Positions 51,639-61,030 of a DNA stretch of 64,000 nt are shown here, piece by piece. The stretch covers positions 508,711-572,710 of the forward strand of contig NW_005434630.1 of the NCBI RefSeq assembly GCF_000315625.1, read 5' to 3'. This stretch comes from Guillardia theta CCMP2712 (lineage: Eukaryota > Protista > Cryptophyta). The position numbers were made by a program, and so were the translations under genes. Below the pieces are notes generated by a model. That model searched no databases. It was not told where the DNA came from and worked only from the letters and a program-made list of their open reading frames with translations. How positions within the stretch are numbered: the stretch's first letter is position 1; every line of letters begins with the position of its first letter.

Positions 51639-51778
51639 AAGCTCTCCGAGGCATCGAACCTCGCCATAAGGGCCTTCAACCCTGAGAGCCGCCTCTCCTC
51701 CCCTCCCCTCCCCTCCCCTCCCTTGACGCTCCCCAGAGGTTGCGAGCCCCTGACCCTGGGCCTTCCCCCAGAGAGAGC

Positions 51779-52081
51779 AAAACATTGCGCGTGCCTGTCC
51801 CATCCTAGCAGGGCTCCGGGTGATCCGCCCCCCAANNNNNNNNNNNNNNNNNNNNNNNNNNNNNNNNNNNNNNNNNNNNNNNNNNNNNNNNNNNNNNNNN
51901 NNNNNNNNNNNNNNNNNNNNNNNNNNNNNNNNNNNNNNNNNNCCCGGTGAGCAATGCAGACCAGAACTCTTGAAGTCGTAGCAGAGATCGGCACTTGTAA
52001 AGATGGCAGGCATGCCTCGTCTGCACAGACCAGCCACACTCTCTCCTCTCGGGCTACAGCCAGGCGCGACCCTGTCCGGGA
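51779..52081 (-). ncRNA. 7SL: SRP RNA (7SL), gapped divergent copy
   Basis: Both ends present; many substitutions next to the gap. Confidence 0.6.
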
Positions 52082-52221
52082 AAGCTCTTCGAGGCATCGA
52101 GCCTCGCCATAAGGGCCTTCAACCAGGAGAGCCTCCTCTCCTCCCCTCCCCTCCCCTCCCCTCCCTTGACGCTCCCCAGAGGTTGCGAGCCCCTGACCCT
52201 GGGCCTTCCCCCAGAGAGAGC

Positions 52222-52522
52222 AAAACATTGCGCGTGCCTGTCCCATCCTAGCAGGGCTCCGGGTGATCCGCCCCCCAATTCACCCACGTGATCGCTTCAC
52301 TGATGACGGCGGAGACTTTTCCTTGCTCTGTTTCCAGCCTGTGGCGTTCCGCCTCGCATCATCACCCAAGTCCACCAAGCTTCCGCCCGGTGAGCAATGG
52401 CGACCGCCACCTTGAAGTCGGCGCAGGATCGGCATTGGTAAAGATGGGCCCTCGGCCTCGCCCGCACAGTCCAGACACACTCCCCCCGCTCGGGCTACAG
52501 CCAGGCGCGACCCTGGCCGGGA
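52222..52522 (-). ncRNA. 7SL: SRP RNA (7SL), complete, ~300 nt
   Basis: Alu domain UCCC-G-GCCAGG(gucgcg)CCUGGC-UGUAG-CCC(gagc)GGG-GGGA; helix 5 GUGUGUCUG/CAGGCACGC; helix 6 CCGGGC-GGAA-GCUUGG; helix 8 CAGG-CUG-GAAA-CAG-AGCA (SRP54 site); ends in UUUU. Confidence 0.9.
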
Positions 52523-52574
52523 AAGCTCTCCGAGGCATCGAACCTCGCCATAAGGGCCTTCAACCCTGAGAGCC
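52523..52574 (-). ncRNA. 52-nt tRNA-like element fused 5' of SRP RNA (representative copy; others start at 51639, 52082, 52979, 55704, 56175, 56615, 57066, 57566, 58022, 59381, 59822)
   Basis: Acceptor GGCUCUC/GAGAGCU plus discriminator U; middle hairpin AGGG-UUGAAGG-CCCU; T arm CGAGG-UUCGAUG-CCUCG (B-box GGTTCGANNCC); one tRNA arm missing. Confidence 0.75.
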
Positions 52575-52677
52575 GCCTCTCCTCCCCTCCCCTCCCCTCC
52601 CCTCCCCTCCCCTCCCATCCCTTGACGCTCCCCAGAGGTTGCGAGCCCCTGACCCTGGGCCTTCCCCCAGAGAGAGC

Positions 52678-52978
52678 AAAACATTGCGCGTGCCTGTCCC
52701 ATCCTAGCAGGGCTCCGGGTGATCCGCCCCCCAATTCACCCACGTGATCGCTTCACTGATGACGGCGGAGACTTTTCCTTGCTCTGTTTCCAGCCTGTGG
52801 CGTTCCGCCTCGCATCATCACCCAAGTCCACCAAGCTTCCGCCCGGTGAGCAATGGCGACCGCCACCTTGAAGTCGGCGCAGGATCGGCATTGGTAAAGA
52901 TGGGCCCTCGGCCTCGCCCGCACAGTCCAGACACACTCCCCCCGCTCGGGCTACAGCCAGGCGCGACCCTGGCCGGGA
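52678..52978 (-). ncRNA. 7SL: SRP RNA (7SL), complete
   Basis: Same motifs as the 52222-52522 copy. Confidence 0.9.
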
Positions 52979-53207
52979 AAGCTCTCCGAGGCATCGAACC
53001 TCGCCATAAGGGCCTTCAACCCTGAGAGCCGCCTCTCCTCCCCTCCCCTCCCCTCCCTTGCCGCAGGTGAGGGGGAGGGAGGGCAAAAGCTTTCCATATT
53101 ATTGGGCNNNNNNNNNNNNNNNNNNNNNNNNNNNNNNNNNNNNNNNNNNNNNNNNNNNNNNNNNNNNNNNNNNNNNNNNNNNNNNNNNNNNNNNNNNNNN
53201 NNNNNNN

Positions 53208-54703
53208 CGATCTCTTCGCGTATGCGACGCCAGCAGCTCGGGACATCGCGCGCCGGCTGCAGGAGTTCATGCGGGAGTGCGTGTATCCGGCCGAGGAGAG
53301 CGTCATGCGCCATGCGCAGGGCAAGGAGCGCTGGACGGTACCGGCAGAGGTGGAGGAGCTCAAGGAGGAGGCGAAGAGGAGGGGCCTCTGGAACCTCTGG
53401 ATCACGCGCGACCTTGATCCCGGACATGATGGCGCGGGCTTGACCAACGTCGACTACGCGGGGCTCGCGGAGGTGCTGGGGGCGGTTCCCTTCGCATCCG
53501 AGCTGGTCAACTGCTCGGCGCCGGACACAGGGAACATGGAGGTGCTGCTCAAGTACGGGAGCGAAGAGCTCAAGCGCAAGTTCCTCCCCGACCTCCTCAG
53601 CGGCAAAGCAAGGAGCTGCTTCGCCATGACTGAACCAGCCGTCGCCTCCTCCGATGCCACCAACGTGCAGTCGACGATCCGGAGGGAGGGCGATCGCTAC
53701 GTGCTCAACGGGAGGAAGTGGTGGACGTCAGGCGCCATGGATCCGCGATGCAGCGTCATGATCTTCATGGGCAAGACGGACCCGTCGGCTCCTCGTCACC
53801 AGCAGCAGTCCATGGTTGTCGTTCCCATGCCCTCCCCGGGACTCCGCGTCCTCCGTCCCCTCAGAGTCTTCGGCTTCGACGACGCTCCTCACGGCCATGC
53901 GGAGGTCGAGCTCAAGGACGTCTCAGTCCCCGCCAGTCACCTCCTCCTCGGCGAGGGTCGAGGCTTCGAGATCGCGCAGGGCAGGCTCGGGCCTGGGCGC
54001 ATCCACCACTGCATGAGGCTCATCGGACTCGCTGAACGTTCGCTGGCGCTCATGTGCAAGCGAGCCAAGCAACGAGTCGCCTTCGGGAAGAAGCTGGAGG
54101 AACAAGGGACCATCAGGGCTGACATCGCTCGCGCTAGGCTCATGATCAACCAGGTCTCCTCTTGCCGCTGCCCTCCGCTTCTCCTCCCTGCCTCTCACCT
54201 TCTCTCAGACTCGACTCCTCTGCCTCGACGCCGCTCGTGCCATCGACATGGGAGGACCCAAGGCAGCGCGGGAGGCCATCGCGCTCATCAAGGTGACGGG
54301 AGGAGGAGGAGGAGGAGTCCCTGACGCCCTGCAGGTCGCGGCACCTCAGATGGCAGTCTGGGTCACCGACAGAGCCATGCAGGTTCAGTCCCTCATCACC
54401 CTACTGCTCCTCTTGCTCCTGCTCTCCCTTCGCCTTGTTGTCGTTCCTCCTTCTCCATCCCCCTCATCCTAGAGCGAGGGTTCTCTGCTTCTCTTTCCCT
54501 CACGTGCAGCAGGTGCATGGAGCCGCAGGCTTCTGCGACGACTTTCCTCTCTCCTTCCTCTACGCTCAGGTAACATCAGCACATCTTGACCCACACCCCC
54601 TCATCTCGAGCAGGCGCGAACCCTCCAGATGGCCGACGGACCTGACGAGGTTCACTTGGAAAGCATCGCAAGGATGGAGCTCAACAAGCACAAACAAGAC
54701 TAG
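53208..54703 (+). CDS. Acyl-CoA dehydrogenase, ACAD10/11/IBR3/FadE2 type (5' end in gap)
   Basis: [74 protein letters not shown]. Confidence 0.95.
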
Positions 54704-54909
54704 AACAACAAATCAGATGCATCTACAATACAACCAATCGAAACGCAAAGACAACCTTCAACCCTGAGAGCCGCCTCTCCTCCCCTCCCCTCCCCTCCCC
54801 TCCCCTCCCCTCCCCTCCCCTCCCCTCCCCTCCCCTCCCTTGACGCTCCCCAGAGGTTGCGAGCCCCTGACCCTGGGCCTTCCCCCAGAGAGAGCAAAAC
54901 ATAGAGAGC

Positions 54910-55203
54910 AAAACATTGCGCGTGCCTGTCCCATCCTAGCAGGGCTCCGGGTGATCCGCCCCCCAATTCACCCACGTGATCGCTTCACTGATGACGGCGG
55001 AGNNNNNNNNNNNNNNNNNNNNNNNNNNNNNNNNNNNNNNNNNNNNNNNNNNNNNNNNNNNNNNNNNNNNNNNNNNNNNNNNNNNNNNNNNNNNNNNNNN
55101 NNCACCCAAGTCCACCAAGCTTCCGCCCGGTGAGCAATGGCGACCGCCACCTTGAAGTCGGCGCAGGATCGGCATTGGTAAAGATGGGCCCTCGGCCTCG
55201 CCC
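54910..55203 (-). ncRNA. 7SL: SRP RNA (7SL), partial gapped copy
   Basis: 3' end and helix 6 region visible. Confidence 0.65.
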
Positions 55204-55538
55204 NNNNNNNNNNNNNNNNNNNNNNNNNNNNNNNNNNNNNNNNNNNNNNNNNNNNNNNNNNNNNNNNNNNNNNNNNNNNNNNNNNNNNNNNNNNNNNNNN
55301 NNNNNNNNNNNNNNNNNNNNNNNNNNNNNNNNNNNNNNNNNNNNNNNNNNNNNNNNNNNNNNNNNNNNNNNNNNNNNNNNNNNNNNNNNNNNNNNNNNNN
55401 NNNNNNNNNNNNNNNNNNNNNNNNNNNNNNNNNNNNNNNNNNNNNNNNNNNNNNNNNNNNNNNNNNNNNNNNNNNNNNNNNNNNNNNNNNNNNNNNNNNN
55501 NNNNNNNNNNNNNNNNNNNNNNNNNNNNNNNNNNNNNN

Positions 55539-55703
55539 ATCATCACCCAAGTCCACCAAGCTTCCGCCCGGTGAGCAATGGCGACCGCCACCTTGAAGTC
55601 GGCGCAGGATCGGCATTGGTAAAGATGGGCCCTCGGCCTCGCCCGCACAGTCCAGACACACTCCCCCCGCTCGGGCTACAGCCAGGCGCGACCCTGGCCG
55701 GGA
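55539..55703 (-). ncRNA. 7SL: SRP RNA (7SL), 5' half
   Basis: Alu domain and helix 6 present; rest in gap. Confidence 0.7.
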
Positions 55704-55873
55704 AAGCTCTCCGAGGCATCGAACCTCGCCATAAGGGCCTTCAACCCTGAGAGCCGCCTCTCCTCCCCTCCCCAAGCATCTAGGAGCTTCCCGTCCCCTC
55801 CCCTCCCCTCCCCTCCCTTGACGCTCCCCAGAGGTTGCGAGCCCCTGGCCCTGGGCCTTCCCCCACAGAGAGA

Positions 55874-56174
55874 ACAACATTGACCGTGCCTGTCCCATCG
55901 TGGCAGGTCTCCGGGTGATCCGCCCCCCAATTCACCCACGTGATCGCTTCACTGATGACGGCGGAGACTTTTCCTTGCTCTGTTTCCAGCCTGTGGCGTT
56001 CCGCCTCGCATCATCACCCAAGTCCACCAAGCTTCCGCCCGGTGAGCAATGGCGACCGCCACCTTGAAGTCGGCGCAGGATCGGCATTGGTAAAGATGGG
56101 CCCTCGGCCTCGCCCGCACAGTCCAGACACACTCCCCCCGCTCGGGCTACAGCCAGGCGCGACCCTGGCCGGGA
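55874..56174 (-). ncRNA. 7SL: SRP RNA (7SL), full length with variant 3' end (no T4 run)
   Basis: Core motifs intact; 3' end reads ...GGCACGGUCAAUGUUGUUC. Confidence 0.8.
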
Positions 56175-56313
56175 AAGCTCTCCGAGGCATCGAACCTAGC
56201 CATAAGGCCATTAACCCCTGAGAGCCGCCTCTCCTCCCCTCCCCTCCCCTCCCTCCCTTGACGCTCCCCAGAGGTTGCGAGCCCCTGACCCTGGGCCTTC
56301 CCCCAGAGAGAGC

Positions 56314-56614
56314 AAAACATTGCGCGTGCCTGTCCCATCCTAGCAGGGCTCCGGGTGATCCGCCCCCCAATTCACCCACGTGATCGCTTCACTGATGACG
56401 GCGGAGACTTTTCCTTGCTCTGTTTCCAGCCTGTGGCGTTCCGCCTCGCATCATCACCCAAGTCCACCAAGCTTCCGCCCGGTGAGCAATGGCGACCGCC
56501 ACCTTGAAGTCGGCGCAGGATCGGCATTGGTAAAGATGGGCCCTCGGCCTCGCCCGCACAGTCCAGACACACTCCCCCCGCTCGGGCTACAGCCAGGCGC
56601 GACCCTGGCCGGGA
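56314..56614 (-). ncRNA. 7SL: SRP RNA (7SL), complete
   Basis: Same motifs as the 52222-52522 copy. Confidence 0.9.
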
Positions 56615-56764
56615 AAGCTCTCCGAGGCATCGAACCTCGCCATAAGGGCCTTCAACCCTGAGAGCCGCCTCTCCTCCCCTCCCCTCCCCTCCCCTCCCCT
56701 CCCCTCCCTTGACGCTCCCCAGAGGTTGCGAGCCCCTGACCCTGGGCCTTCCCCCAGAGAGAGC

Positions 56765-57065
56765 AAAACATTGCGCGTGCCTGTCCCATCCTAGCAGGGC
56801 TCCGGGTGATCCGCCCCCCAATTCACCCACGTGATCGCTTCACTGATGACGGCGGAGACTTTTCCTTGCTCTGTTTCCAGCCTGTGGCGTTCCGCCTCGC
56901 ATCATCACCCAAGTCCACCAAGCTTCCGCCCNNNNNNNNNNNNNNNNNNNNNNNNNNNNNNNNNNNNNNNNNNNNNNNNNNNNNNNNNNNNNNNNNNNNN
57001 NNNNNNNNNNNNNNNNNNNNNNNNNNNNNNNNNNNNNNNNNNNNNAGGCGCGACCCTGGCCGGGA
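56765..57065 (-). ncRNA. 7SL: SRP RNA (7SL), gapped copy
   Basis: Both ends and helix 8 visible. Confidence 0.8.
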
Positions 57066-57200
57066 AAGCTCTCCGAGGCATCGAACCTCGCCATAAGGGC
57101 CTTCAACCCTGAGAGCCGCCTCTCCTCCCCTCCCCTCCCCTCCCTTGACGCTCCCCAGAGGTTGCGAGCCCCTGACCCTGGGCCTTCCCCCAGAGAGAGC

Positions 57201-57565
57201 AAAACATTGCNNNNNNNNNNNNNNNNNNNNNNNNNNNNNNNNNNNNNNNNNNNNNNNNNNNNNNNNNNNNNNNNNNNNNNNNNNNNNNNNNNNNNNNNNN
57301 NNNNNNNNNNCCGCCCCCCAATTCACCCACGTGATCGCTTCACTGATGACGGCGGAGACTTTTCCTTGCTCTGTTTCCAGCCTGTGGCGTTCCGCCTCGC
57401 ATCATCACCCAAGTCCACCAAGCTTCCGCCCGGTGAGCAATGGCGACCGCCACCTTGAAGTCGGCGCAGGATCGGCATTGGTAAAGATGGGCCCTCGGCC
57501 TCGCCCGCACAGTCCAGACACACTCCCCCCGCTCGGGCTACAGCCAGGCGCGACCCTGGCCGGGA
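57201..57565 (-). ncRNA. 7SL: SRP RNA (7SL), gapped copy
   Basis: Alu, helix 6 and helix 8 visible; gap near the 3' end. Confidence 0.8.
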
Positions 57566-57720
57566 AAGCTCTCCGAGGCATCGAACCTCGCCATAAGGGC
57601 CTTCAACCCTGAGAGCCGCCTCTCCTCCCCTCCCCTCCCCTCCCCTCCCCTCCCCTCCCCTCCCTTGACGCTCCCCAGACTGACCCTGGCCTTCCCCCAG
57701 AGCCTTCCCCCAGAGAGAGC

Positions 57721-58021
57721 AAAACATTGCGCGTGCCTGTCCCATCCTAGCAGGGCTCCGGGTGATCCGCCCCCCAATTCACCCACGTGATCGCTTCACT
57801 GATGACGGCGGAGACTTTTCCTTGCTCTGTTTCCAGCCTGTGGCGTTCCGCCTCGCATCATCACCCAAGTCCACCAAGCTTCCGCCCGGTGAGCAATGGC
57901 GACCGCCACCTTGAAGTCGGCGCAGGATCGGCATTGGTAAAGATGGGCCCTCGGCCTCGCCCGCACAGTCCAGACACACTCCCCCCGCTCGGGCTACAGC
58001 CAGGCGCGACCCTGGCCGGGA
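57721..58021 (-). ncRNA. 7SL: SRP RNA (7SL), complete
   Basis: Same motifs as the 52222-52522 copy. Confidence 0.9.
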
Positions 58022-58176
58022 AAGCTCTCCGAGGCATCGAACCTCGCCATAAGGGCCTTCAACCCTGAGAGCCGCCTCTCCTCTCCTCCCCTCCCCTCCC
58101 CTCCCCTCCCCTCCCCTCCCTTGACGCTCCCCAGAGGTTGCGAGCCCCTGACCCTGGGCCTTCCCCCAGAGAGAGC

Positions 58177-58328
58177 AAAACATTGCGCGTGCCTGTCCCA
58201 TCCTAGCAGGGCTCCGGGTGATCCGCCCCCCAATTCACCCACGTGATCGCTTCACTGATGACGGCGGAGACTTTTCCTTGCTCTGTTTCCAGCCTGTGGC
58301 GTTCCGCCTCGCATCATCACCCAAGTCC
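58177..58328 (-). ncRNA. 7SL: SRP RNA (7SL), 3' half
   Basis: Helix 8 and terminator visible. Confidence 0.7.
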
Positions 58329-59077
58329 NNNNNNNNNNNNNNNNNNNNNNNNNNNNNNNNNNNNNNNNNNNNNNNNNNNNNNNNNNNNNNNNNNNNNNNN
58401 NNNNNNNNNNNNNNNNNNNNNNNNNNNNNNNNNNNNNNNNNNNNNNNNNNNNNNNNNNNNNNNNNNNNNNNNNNNNNNNNNNNNNNNNNNNNNNNNNNNN
58501 NNNNNNNNNNNNNNNNNNNNNNNNNNNNNNNNNNNNNNNNNNNNNNNNNNNNNNNNNNNNNNNNNNNNNNNNNNNNNNNNNNNNNNNNNNNNNNNNNNNN
58601 NNNNNNNNNNNNNNNNNNNNNNNNNNNNNNNNNNNNNNNNNNNNNNNNNNNNNNNNNNNNNNNNNNNNNNNNNNNNNNNNNNNNNNNNNNNNNNNNNNNN
58701 NNNNNNNNNNNNNNNNNNNNNNNNNNNNNNNNNNNNNNNNNNNNNNNNNNNNNNNNNNNNNNNNNNNNNNNNNNNNNNNNNNNNNNNNNNNNNNNNNNNN
58801 NNNNNNNNNNNNNNNNNNNNNNNNNNNNNNNNNNNNNNNNNNNNNNNNNNNNNNNNNNNNNNNNNNNNNNNNNNNNNNNNNNNNNNNNNNNNNNNNNNNN
58901 NNNNNNNNNNNNNNNNNNNNNNNNNNNNNNNNNNNNNNNNNNNNNNNNNNNNNNNNNNNNNNNNNNNNNNNNNNNNNNNNNNNNNNNNNNNNNNNCTCCC
59001 CCTCCCCTCCCCTCCCCTCCCTTGACGCTCCCCAGAGGTTGCGAGCCCCTGACCCTGGGCCTTCCCCCAGAGAGAGC

Positions 59078-59380
59078 AAAACATTGCGCGTGCCTGTCCC
59101 ATCCTAGCAGGGCTCCGGGTGATCCGCCCCCCAATTCACCCACGTGATCGCTTCACTGATGACGGCGGAGACTTTTCCTTGCTCTGTTTCCAGCCTGTGG
59201 CGTTCCGCCTCGCATCATCACCCAAGTCCACCAAGCTTCCGCCCGGTGAGCAATGGCGACCGCCACCTTGAAGTCGGCGCAGGATCGGCATTGGTAAAGA
59301 GTCGGGCCCTCGGCCTCGCCCGCACAGTCCAGACACACTCCCCCCGCTCGGGCTACAGCCAGGCGCGACCCTGGCCGGGA
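59078..59380 (-). ncRNA. 7SL: SRP RNA (7SL), complete (2-nt insertion in helix 5)
   Basis: Same motifs as the 52222-52522 copy. Confidence 0.88.
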
Positions 59381-59520
59381 AAGCTCTCCGAGGCATCGAA
59401 CCTCGCCATAAGGGCCTTCAACCCTGAGAGCCGCCTCTCCTCCCCTCCCCTCCCCTCCCCTCCCTTGACGCTCCCCAGAGGTTGCGAGCCCCTGACCCTG
59501 GGCCTTCCCCCAGAGAGAGC

Positions 59521-59821
59521 AAAACATTGCGCGTGCCTGTCCCATCCTAGCAGGGCTCCGGGTGATCCGCCCCCCAATTCACCCACGTGATCGCTTCACT
59601 GATGACGGCGGAGACTTTTCCTTGCTCTGTTTCCAGCCTGTGGCGTTCCGCCTCGCATCATCACCCAAGTCCACCAAGCTTCCGCCCGGTGAGCAATGGC
59701 GACCGCCACCTTGAAGTCGGCGCAGGATCGGCATTGGTAAAGATGGGCCCTCGGCCTCGCCCGCACAGTCCAGACACACTCCCCCCGCTCGGGCTACAGC
59801 CAGGCGCGACCCTGGCCGGGA
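59521..59821 (-). ncRNA. 7SL: SRP RNA (7SL), complete, first (most upstream) unit of the array
   Basis: Same motifs as the 52222-52522 copy. Confidence 0.9.
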
Positions 59822-59873
59822 AAGCTCTCCGAGGCATCGAACCTCGCCATAAGGGCCTTCAACCCTGAGAGCT
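59822..59873 (-). ncRNA. tRNA-like element of the first unit, with fully Watson-Crick acceptor stem AGCUCUC/GAGAGCU
   Basis: Repeat homology ends at this element's 5' end; unique AT-rich sequence lies upstream. Confidence 0.75.
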
Positions 59874-60359
59874 ATTGTTTTGTTGTGTTCAAATTAATTG
59901 TGCATCTGGTCGGACCATCCATGCACAAAAGAGAAGAGGAAGTTGTTTCGGTTCGAGGAGGTTGAGAAGTGCATGAGGAATGATGAGGAGGACATGGACC
60001 AGGAGGAGGACGAGGAGGAGCCAGACGAGGACGTGGACGAGGACGAGGTAGCAGCAGAAGGTATGAGGAGGAAGAGGAGGAAGAAGAGGAAATATAAGGA
60101 TTTATCAGGAGGAAGACGAGGAGTTGGAGGAAGCAGGAGGTATGAGGAGGAGGAGGAGGAGGAGGAAGCAGGAGGTATGAGGAGGAGGAGGAGGAGCAGG
60201 AAGCAGAAGCAGGAGCAGCGGCAAGAAGAGGAGGAAGCAAGAGGAGGAGGAGGGGTGGGGGGGGGGCGAGCAGGAGAAATCCGCGGCCTCTGCTGCTGCT
60301 TTATGCTGCCCCTCCGCACGAGGGTGAAGAAAAAAGAAAGGGGGAGAGCAGAGGAAACT

Positions 60360-61030
60360 TCTGTCACCACCCCCACCCTCTCATTTGTACCCCCACCATC
60401 TGCAAACCCCCTTCTTTTTTCTACACCCCTTCATTTCTCCTGGTTGTACCCCATGATTGTAGTCCAACTTCCATCACCCCAGGATGCCTACCCCTTCTTA
60501 TCTCATACCCAACCCCGTGTCCATCCTTCTTTCGTCTCACAGACCCCTGGTTATCGACCCGGGAGTTATCACCCCGCTCCCTCCCCTTTCCTTCTGGACA
60601 TCAGATAGGGTAGGTGGGGTGGTGATACGTTACGAACTTGGAGGGTAGTCAATGGGGGTGGTCCAAGAGCAATTGGGGGTGGGTGAAGTTTGGGGTGGCC
60701 AAGGACAAACTTGGTCGCCCGGGGGGTGGGGGTATGAATGGATAGGAATGGGGGGTAGGGTAGTAGCAAGGGGGTAAGGGGGATGGTGGTTGTAAGTTCT
60801 TACATCACACCGGTTATAACAAGGGGTATTCCAGGGGTTTAGGGGTGGGCGTAGTGGGTCATGGCAGTCCAAGGTGGGGTACCGGGAGGGTAGTATGAAG
60901 GGGGTGGGAGGGGATGGGGTGGAGTAGGAGGGGAAGCATTGGTTTGGAAGGCGCGTGCTATCATGGCAGGGAGAGGAGGAGCAAGAGGAGAAGAGAGCAC
61001 TCTCCTGGGGTGACCCGCTCATAGCCCCAT
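60360..61030. promoter_or_regulatory. ACCCC/GGGGT-rich intergenic block between the SRP array and the cyclin gene; putative bidirectional promoter
   Basis: C-rich half (60360-60590) switches to a G-rich half (60605-60940); the same motif type recurs near most gene 5' ends in the window. Confidence 0.4.

Larger units (their letters stand above)
50543..53060 (-). repeat. Tandem array of tRNA-like/SRP RNA units, left block
   Basis: Near-identical units of ~440-456 bp, 5 full or partial copies, with gaps. Confidence 0.95.
54755..59873 (-). repeat. Tandem array of tRNA-like/SRP RNA units, right block
   Basis: 10 full or partial copies; periods 440, 451, 456 and 443 bp, varying mainly in (GGGGA)n spacer length. 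Confidence 0.95.

Noticed and set aside
51943-52135. Divergent SRP/tRNA-like variant as a distinct functional paralog
   Set aside because: Changes cluster next to a gap and are mostly non-compensatory, so low-quality read ends are more likely; the same caution applies to 55770-55910 and 57670-57710
52280-52500. Plus-strand splice-like signals in the repeat (tttccag, gtgag, gtaaag) suggesting a repeated-exon protein
   Set aside because: They are the reverse complement of SRP helices (for example helix 8 CUGGAAACAG) and give no consistent reading frame
52523-52574. Canonical tRNA-Phe(GAA) gene
   Set aside because: Only 52 nt, one arm missing and no U8/A9 connector, so reported as tRNA-like ncRNA rather than tRNA
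51396-59868. Recurrent ORFs in the tandem repeat (MIASLMTAETF..., MGELGGGSPG..., MGQARAMF...)
   Set aside because: Frames shift with (GGGGA)n length and show no protein features; the unit is explained by SRP RNA and tRNA-like structure
50543-59873. CRISPR array, 5S rDNA or SINE interpretation
   Set aside because: No unique spacers or cas genes and no 5S box A/C pattern; units are full-length head-to-tail 7SL without poly(A) tails or target-site duplications
59872-60608. Poly-Glu/Arg or poly-Ser/Pro ORFs upstream of the SRP array
   Set aside because: Low-complexity GAG tract with no recognisable domain or clear gene structure
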